A stretch of DNA of 64,000 bases from Bacteroidota bacterium (GTDB taxonomy: Bacteria > Bacteroidota > Bacteroidia > UKL13-3). Below, in pieces: positions 57,675-64,000 of this stretch (its first letter is position 1; the number at the start of each line of letters is the position of its first letter). The stretch is taken from positions 9,111 through 73,110 of the forward strand of contig CANLPK010000002.1 of the NCBI GenBank assembly GCA_947492885.1, read 5' to 3'. The notes under the pieces were generated by a model. That model searched no databases and had not been told where the DNA came from. It worked only from the letters and a program-made list of their open reading frames with translations. Both the position numbers and the translations under genes were made by a program.

Positions 57675-60600
57675 TTATCTAATCAAGATAAAGGTGCCCT
57701 TCTCGTAATGCTCGTTGAAGTCCTTATCGAGAATGTATATCTGATAAATATAAACGGCCTCTGGAGCAGGCTCTCCTCTGAACATTCCATCCCATCCACA
57801 AGTTTGTTTTGCATCACAATGTTGATCAGGCGATTTGTAAACCAAGGTGCCCCAACGGTCGTAAACCTTCATGGTATAATGATCAACAAATGTTAAAGAT
57901 GGTTTTAAAATCTCATTCTTTTCATCATTATTAGGAGAGAAAATATTCGGCATGAAATAATTATAATCTTCCTCAACAACAATCGTATCAAACGCAGAAG
58001 CAGTACAATTAAATCTATTCTTTACAGTAAGTTGCACAATATAAACTCCCGTGTCGGTATACTTATGGAACCATTGGTTCTTGGCGGTCCAGCTAAGCTG
58101 TTGCCCATCACCATACTGCATTTGCAACGAATCGGAATAACTGCTTTGATTGGTGAAGTAAACAGAACCATCAGATGCTTTTACTTTTACAGGGTTCGAA
58201 TTAAACTTCGCAATCGGTGTAATATTACTTACAATATAATCGGGCTTAGAAATAATATTAGTACAACCCGTTGGTGATGTTAATCGTAATTCAACTTTAT
58301 ACTTGCCTACTTTATTATATGTATGGGTTGGATTCGGAATGGTGTCTTGTGATCCATCACCAAAATACCATAAGTATCGATTGTTCGCATTGTTTGTGCT
58401 AACATCGATGAAATTCACAGTAAATGGATTACAACCGATACTATCAGCTACCGTAAATTGAGGCTGTGGCAATTGCTCTACATTAATTAGTATAGAATCA
58501 CTAACAGGTAGACTACATCCATCACTCAAAGTCACTTTATAATAACGGGTGCTATCGGGTGCAAAATTAATATTCGCTTTATTACCTAAATTCTGACTCC
58601 ATTTGTATTGGAACAATGTTGCATCATAACCACCGCTACCTTGCGATTGCAAGCTGATATTGGTTCCTCTGCATACAGTTACTGAAGGCGACATGATTTT
58701 TACTTTGAGTGTAGGCTGCACCACTACCACCACTTCGTCGCTATCTTTAGCAACCGTACAGTTGTCGGTAAATACTACACGATAGGTTGTTGTAGCTAAT
58801 GGATTTACGGTGAGACTCTTTGTAGTTCCTACAATGGTATTTGTAGTTAAGTTATACCAAGCGTAACCATACCCCGTTGGTTTTCCACCAGTAGTAAGTG
58901 GGGGTGTAATGGTGGTAAACTGCCCATAACAGATGTTCTTGTCGGCACCAGCATTTATTTTTAGTGGATCTAATACCGTCACTTTAATAATGGCAGAATC
59001 CGATTTCAAGGTACAGAAATCTGTAAGGACTACTTTATATGAAGAAGTAACCAGTGGGGTAACTTTTGTTGATCTACCACTACCAGCCCCATTATTCCAT
59101 TTGAACTCATAACTGGTACTATCTCCGCCACTTCCATCAACGAATAAATCTACACTATTACCTCTGCAGATGGTAGTATCTTTAGGGAATTTTATAACTA
59201 GTGCAGGACGATGTTTAATCTTAACATAATCTGTATCTCTTTTTGGTGTGCAATTATCACTAAGCACTACTTTATATGTTGTTGTTGCAGATGGAACTAC
59301 CGATAAGTAATTGCCAAATCCAATCAGGGCATTTGTAGTTGAATCAAGCCACTTATAAGTATAGTGTAAGCTGTCACCACCTGTGGCTTTTCCGTATAAA
59401 TAAACTGCTTGTCCAATACAAATGATACTATCAATTCGAGCCGTAATTTTCAAAGGAGCATGATGGAAAATTTCCACCTCATCCGTATCTGTAATTGCTG
59501 TGCAATTATCACGTAGTACTACATAGAATTTACTTGGAGAATTGATTATTGGGGATAGCGTTTGAGCTCCTGTTCCAACTAAGTTGAATGAAGCATCATA
59601 CCATGAGTAAGTATAGTTAGGCGCATAACCTCCAATTGCTGTTTTTACTTTTAATAAAGTGGCTGTTCCTTTACAAATGGTGGTATCGGCCATTGCGGTT
59701 ATATCTAATTTATTTCTTACAAAAACAGTAACATAATCAGTATCGGTTTTACTGGTGCAATTATCTGTTACCACTACATAATAATTCGAAGTTACAACAG
59801 GTGAAACATTACATATTGGGTTATTATTAATTAATAAATTCGACGAATTATACCAGTCGTAATGGTAATTCAAATTATCTCCACCAGAGGTATTTAAGAT
59901 ATGAAGTGCCGCACTCTGTCCAATGCAAATTGTAGTATCAATTGAAGCAGTTACATCCAAATCTCCGCGAACAAAAACAGTTACAATGGCACTATCATTT
60001 TGTGATGTGCAATAATCTCTCAACAATACTTTATAGGTGGTTGTAACTTGTGGGGTTACCATTACCTGCTTACCATTACCTGCATTATTACTCCAGGAGA
60101 ACAAATAATCTGGTGTATAGCCTCCACTTCCATTGGCATAAAGCATCACACTCTGACCTTTGCAAATGGTAGTATCTAAACGAGGAGTTACACTTAGTTT
60201 TGGACGAACCGTGACGGTAATATATTGTGTGTCGTTAAGCTCAGTGCAACCATCACTTAAAATTACACGATAGGTTGTAGTACTAGCGGGAGTTACAATA
60301 ATATAATTTCCATTACCAACTCCATTATTCCAATTAAGAGAATAGCCTGGTGAATAACCACCAGTTGGCAATGCATGCAATATGGTGCTTTGTCCTTTGC
60401 AAATAGTGGTATCTGAAAATCCTGTAATTTGTAATGGTGCCCTTCGTGTGAGCACAACAGAATCTTCTTCCTCACAAAATCTATTACTTACAATGACATG
60501 ATAAGTTCGAGTGGCACTCAATAAAACTTTCGGATTGGCAATAGTGCTATCACTTAATCCAATAGCTGGATACCATCGATAACGAACTCCTCCAGTAGCC

Positions 60601-62711
60601 ATCAACTGCAAACTATCGCCGATACAAACACTCGTATCACGTCCTGCATCTGGTATTGGACGGGCAATCACAACAATTCGAATACTGTCATAGTTTTCAC
60701 AACCGGCTAAATTCAGTGTACGTAAATATATTTTTGTGGTTGCTGGCGGACTAATATAGGGTTTCCTCACCGTTGAATCACGAATGCTAAAATTGCTAAA
60801 CCATTTATATTTATAGGCAGGGTCACAATTCAATTGTAAGCTATCTCCCAAGCAGACTGTATCATCAGGATTAATGATATTTGCTACGGGTCGAACTATT
60901 GCAGCATCATTCAGGCTCTTATTACTTCGAACCAAGGGTGCAGAGGCTTCCACGCGGAATCGATAACCTAACCCATTGGGCAGGTTCTTTGGAATTTTAA
61001 CAAGGATACTATCGTGATTAGAACCCACCTTTTGACCTACGTATTGGTAGGCTTGCCACCCTCCATTACCATCACTAATCATCGCTCTGTAAATATTCGA
61101 GTCGGCATAAACACCATAGGCATCATATTTTAAATAGAATGAATCACCAGGGCAATACGTCGATTTTGTTCTATCAATAAGAATAAAATTATCGTCTTCA
61201 AAATGGGCAAGGTAGGTACCCCAACTGGTGCCATTTACATTTCCATAACTTGTAGCGGTATCGGCATTCAAATAAAACTTAAGATTGGGCTGATTATATC
61301 CAGTCATGTATATACTTCCAAAATCATTAACACTGATGCCATATCCATAAGCCCAAGAATTGGAGCCATTCTGTGAGCTCCCTCTTACACTCCAGGCACA
61401 ATCACCATTCGCCTTGAATTTTACACCATACGTGTGATAGCCCCAGGACTGATTATTGGAAGGAAACGGGGTGCTACATATATAACCAGTGTTAGTAGTA
61501 TTTGTATAGGTATAACCAGTAACAAAACATGCCCCAGAAGCATTCGCACATACATCATATCCCCACGCCCAAGTATTTGAATTGTTTTGAATATTACGTG
61601 CCCATTCGAATCCTCCATTGGTATTTAATTTTGCTACAAAGGTTCCATAACCGCTGGAGGATGCTGATAGTGAGATAGATCCAAAGGTTCCTGTGCCACT
61701 ATAATACCCGGTGACATATAAATTGCCGAATCCATCTCCGCCAATAGAATAGGCATAGCCATAGGTATTGCCTCCAGGACAATTGATGGCCCACTGGGGT
61801 ACTCCAGTGGCGGAATATTTTGCAATAAATCCATGATAGGTATTTGTGCCTGAACTTAAGGCAATTGATACAGTTGGCGATATGGTACCTATGCCACAAA
61901 GCGATCCCTGCCAAATCTTATTATCAAAGGTCACAGTACCATAATAATATCCTGTAATATATGCGTTGGCTGAATCGTCAACGGAAACATCCCAACTATA
62001 GGCCCATTGTCCAGTTCCAGCCGATCTTACCCAACTTAAAACACCGCTTGAATTGTACTTGGCAAGAAATATATCATAGTTTGATCCACTGGCTTGAACA
62101 CAGGTATTACTCAAGGGGCTCGTCTGACTTAAGAACTGGCATTGATTGGTGAATGTACCTGTTACGTAGACAGTCCCATTAGGAGAACAATCAACCCCAT
62201 TGGCATATTCATAACTGCCACTTCCAAAACGATTTACCCATAAACATGCTCCATTCTTATTGTATTTCGCCAAAAAGCCATCTGTATTTCCCCAGGCGGT
62301 CATTGTTTTCCCATTCCCATAATTACAGGTCCCAGAAAATGTTCCTACCAAATAACAATTATCAGCTGAGTCAATCGCACACGAATAACCATAGTCATTG
62401 CTAGTGCTTCCCGCTGAGGTTAGCCATACCAGGGCACCTGTGGTATCATATTTTGCTAGAAAAATATCTTGTCCTCCGTAACTAACTACACTGCCGCTGG
62501 CTCCTCCCCCAAAATTGGCAGTTCCTGAAAAATAACCTGTAACATAAACATTTCCATGTTTGTCAGTAGCACTGCGGTAATAGGCCATTCCATTTCCACC
62601 ACTGCCATTATAGCTAGCACCCTGAGCCCAACGGAATCGTTGTGCAGCAGTTGAAAGGGAAAGAATACAAAGTAAGAAGAGTAATAAATGTCTCATTCTA
62701 AAATATGGCAA
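57675..62711 (-). CDS. Giant (1678 aa) cell-surface protein. N-terminal SBBP beta-propeller repeats, about 11 tandem Cys-containing Ig-like repeats of roughly 80 aa, a PKD domain, and a C-terminal T9SS type-B (CHU_C / gliding-motility-associated) sorting domain
   Basis: Signal peptide MPYFRMRHLLLFLLCILSLSTAAQ. SBBP-like units (GNVYVTGYFSGTANFGG, repeated ...YVTG(T/Y)). Repeats of the form DTTIC.GQS..L.....GG....Y.W.......V.P..TTTY.V.L.D.CT..D. PKD segment ...FTVNFIDVSTNNANNRYLWYFGDGSQDTIPNPTHTYNKVGKY.... C-terminus ...FMPNIFSPNNDEKNEILKP...YDRWGTLVY.... Confidence 0.8.
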   Translation of the reverse strand: MPYFRMRHLLLFLLCILSLSTAAQRFRWAQGASYNGSGGNGMAYYRSATDKHGNVYVTGYFSGTANFGGGASGSVVSYGGQDIFLAKYDTTGALVWLTSAGSTSNDYGYSCAIDSADNCYLVGTFSGTCNYGNGKTMTAWGNTDGFLAKYNKNGACLWVNRFGSGSYEYANGVDCSPNGTVYVTGTFTNQCQFLSQTSPLSNTCVQASGSNYDIFLAKYNSSGVLSWVRSAGTGQWAYSWDVSVDDSANAYITGYYYGTVTFDNKIWQGSLCGIGTISPTVSIALSSGTNTYHGFIAKYSATGVPQWAINCPGGNTYGYAYSIGGDGFGNLYVTGYYSGTGTFGSISLSASSSGYGTFVAKLNTNGGFEWARNIQNNSNTWAWGYDVCANASGACFVTGYTYTNTTNTGYICSTPFPSNNQSWGYHTYGVKFKANGDCAWSVRGSSQNGSNSWAYGYGISVNDFGSIYMTGYNQPNLKFYLNADTATSYGNVNGTSWGTYLAHFEDDNFILIDRTKSTYCPGDSFYLKYDAYGVYADSNIYRAMISDGNGGWQAYQYVGQKVGSNHDSILVKIPKNLPNGLGYRFRVEASAPLVRSNKSLNDAAIVRPVANIINPDDTVCLGDSLQLNCDPAYKYKWFSNFSIRDSTVRKPYISPPATTKIYLRTLNLAGCENYDSIRIVVIARPIPDAGRDTSVCIGDSLQLMATGGVRYRWYPAIGLSDSTIANPKVLLSATRTYHVIVSNRFCEEEDSVVLTRRAPLQITGFSDTTICKGQSTILHALPTGGYSPGYSLNWNNGVGNGNYIIVTPASTTTYRVILSDGCTELNDTQYITVTVRPKLSVTPRLDTTICKGQSVMLYANGSGGYTPDYLFSWSNNAGNGKQVMVTPQVTTTYKVLLRDYCTSQNDSAIVTVFVRGDLDVTASIDTTICIGQSAALHILNTSGGDNLNYHYDWYNSSNLLINNNPICNVSPVVTSNYYVVVTDNCTSKTDTDYVTVFVRNKLDITAMADTTICKGTATLLKVKTAIGGYAPNYTYSWYDASFNLVGTGAQTLSPIINSPSKFYVVLRDNCTAITDTDEVEIFHHAPLKITARIDSIICIGQAVYLYGKATGGDSLHYTYKWLDSTTNALIGFGNYLSVVPSATTTYKVVLSDNCTPKRDTDYVKIKHRPALVIKFPKDTTICRGNSVDLFVDGSGGDSTSYEFKWNNGAGSGRSTKVTPLVTSSYKVVLTDFCTLKSDSAIIKVTVLDPLKINAGADKNICYGQFTTITPPLTTGGKPTGYGYAWYNLTTNTIVGTTKSLTVNPLATTTYRVVFTDNCTVAKDSDEVVVVVQPTLKVKIMSPSVTVCRGTNISLQSQGSGGYDATLFQYKWSQNLGNKANINFAPDSTRYYKVTLSDGCSLPVSDSILINVEQLPQPQFTVADSIGCNPFTVNFIDVSTNNANNRYLWYFGDGSQDTIPNPTHTYNKVGKYKVELRLTSPTGCTNIISKPDYIVSNITPIAKFNSNPVKVKASDGSVYFTNQSSYSDSLQMQYGDGQQLSWTAKNQWFHKYTDTGVYIVQLTVKNRFNCTASAFDTIVVEEDYNYFMPNIFSPNNDEKNEILKPSLTFVDHYTMKVYDRWGTLVYKSPDQHCDAKQTCGWDGMFRGEPAPEAVYIYQIYILDKDFNEHYEKGTFILIR

Positions 62712-62871
62712 AAAAGCAAAGTTAAAAATTATCTGAAATAAATCTAAATAGTTTTGTCATAAATTAGCAATTCATTCAAATGGGTAAACCTAGAGAAGAA
62801 CTCATTTCGGTTTTGACGAATAAAAGCAACTAGGTTGCATGTTTTAAGCAGAATTTCCGATTGTTTTATAC

Positions 62872-62906
62872 AAAAAAAAGCATCCATATTATTGGATGCT
62901 TTTTTA
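62872..62906. terminator. Bidirectional rho-independent terminator downstream of the thioredoxin-like lipoprotein gene
   Basis: AAAAAAA-AGCATCCA-tattat-TGGATGCT-TTTTT. Confidence 0.55.
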
Positions 62907-62924
62907 ATTTGTAAACTAAAATTA

Positions 62925-63788
62925 CTATTTAATTTCAGTGCAATTCTCGAATTTATAAATGCCACTTGCATCTTTTTTCCAAATAACAACAGCATAACGA
63001 AGGTTCGCTACTTTCCAAGTGCTGTTTAAAGTAGTAGTTAAAGTTTTTGAAACTACTTTTCCTGTTTCTGCTGCACCTGTTGAAAGCGACTCACCAAAAG
63101 TAACGCCAAAAGCGCCACGCAATACATGATCATGTACTTGGGTTGCATTGCTTCCTCCGGTTGACAAGGCTTGAGATGCAACGATTCCATCTTCTAATAC
63201 ATAGGCGGCAACATAATAGTCACCATTAGCAGCGGTAAAGAATTTTGCTTTAACATCTAAGGTTACAGTTGTTCCATTAACAGTTTTACCAACATAACAA
63301 TTTACCACAGCAGCCTGTGAAGTTGTTTTGTCTGATTCTCCTTTAATTTTATTCGCAGTAGCATTAATATCACTGTATACTCCAGCCGGGAAAATTAAAG
63401 TAGAACCTCCAGCTACACGAGGAACAGAGGTGGTTTTATATTGTGTGTAGTTTTGCAACTCGTTTCCAGCAGCACACGACATGGCGTCGGATGCATGCAC
63501 ACTCATGGCTACTAAATTACTTTCTCCAATAATTTCAATAGCTTTTGTAAATCCCGGGATGCCATATGAACCACATGGAGGACACCAAGTACCGGTAATA
63601 TCCATGATGAAATAACGTTGTTTTGAATCAGCTGATTGGCAAGAACCATCACTTTCTGTCGCTTCCTTATTGAAATTTACTGAATTAGGATCAGTACAAC
63701 CTTTCACTGCATTGCTTTTTTTGCTGCAGGATTGTGTTAATGTGGTAAGTGTAAATGCTACTACAAAAAATGTGAAAATTTGTTTCAT
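62925..63788 (-). CDS. Lipoprotein with a thioredoxin-like CxxC domain
   Basis: 287 aa. Lipoprotein signal ...LTTLTQSC. TGTWCPPCG (WCxxC thioredoxin-fold active-site motif). Confidence 0.65.
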   Translation of the reverse strand: MKQIFTFFVVAFTLTTLTQSCSKKSNAVKGCTDPNSVNFNKEATESDGSCQSADSKQRYFIMDITGTWCPPCGSYGIPGFTKAIEIIGESNLVAMSVHASDAMSCAAGNELQNYTQYKTTSVPRVAGGSTLIFPAGVYSDINATANKIKGESDKTTSQAAVVNCYVGKTVNGTTVTLDVKAKFFTAANGDYYVAAYVLEDGIVASQALSTGGSNATQVHDHVLRGAFGVTFGESLSTGAAETGKVVSKTLTTTLNSTWKVANLRYAVVIWKKDASGIYKFENCTEIK

Positions 63789-64000
63789 GATGTATGAGAT
63801 GGTTTTTTAGAATTTCTTTTTTTTGCAAGTAAAATTAAAAAAACCACTTTTGGAAATTTATAATACATTTTTTTTAAAATATGACTTTAGGGTCTTTGAT
63901 ATCAAGAGTATTGTAAATGCCTGCAAAATCGCAATCCTAGTATTGGAGAAAGGAATCATTTTGGGTATTACCAGAGTATTCTTATAAACAAATAACAAAG

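Noticed and set aside
62744-63029. 83-aa and 64-aa ORFs in and near the intergenic region 62712-62924
   Set aside because: They overlap a clear bidirectional terminator and AT-rich intergenic DNA, or the 3' end of the thioredoxin-like gene. No coding signal.

Overview
This 64 kb window looks like Bacteroidota chromosome of roughly 40% GC. The lineage call rests on a SusC/SusD pair, several proteins carrying type IX secretion system (T9SS) C-terminal sorting domains of both type A and type B, fused SecDF, and tandem M16 peptidases. Most of the window is housekeeping: hutU, ruvA, secDF, ribBA, asnS, uvrA, mutL, an acyl-CoA mutase large subunit, a fatty-acid desaturase, and a TetR-TolC-MFP-RND efflux operon. 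These are interleaved with cell-surface and accessory loci. The start of the window holds a SusC/SusD polysaccharide-utilisation locus whose downstream secreted proteins include one with a CBM20/48-like starch-binding module. There is a 2418-aa beta-helix-repeat T9SS cargo protein. There is a 1678-aa protein with SBBP repeats, about 11 Ig-like repeats, a PKD domain and a type-B T9SS domain, sitting beside an MBOAT/SGNH-like O-acyltransferase pair. A REP-associated tyrosine transposase (RAYT, IS200-like) is flanked on both sides by CCTTC..GAAGG hairpin repeats, including a 144-bp tandem duplication. Two genes are interrupted by single-base frameshifts inside A/T homopolymers: a BNR-repeat T9SS protein and an AraC-family regulator. 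There is an orphan T9SS C-terminal-domain remnant, a candidate TetR operator, and an asparaginyl-tRNA synthetase with an unusual coiled-coil-like insertion. I saw no rRNA, tRNA or CRISPR array. Hand-counted coordinates may be off by 1-2 nt.
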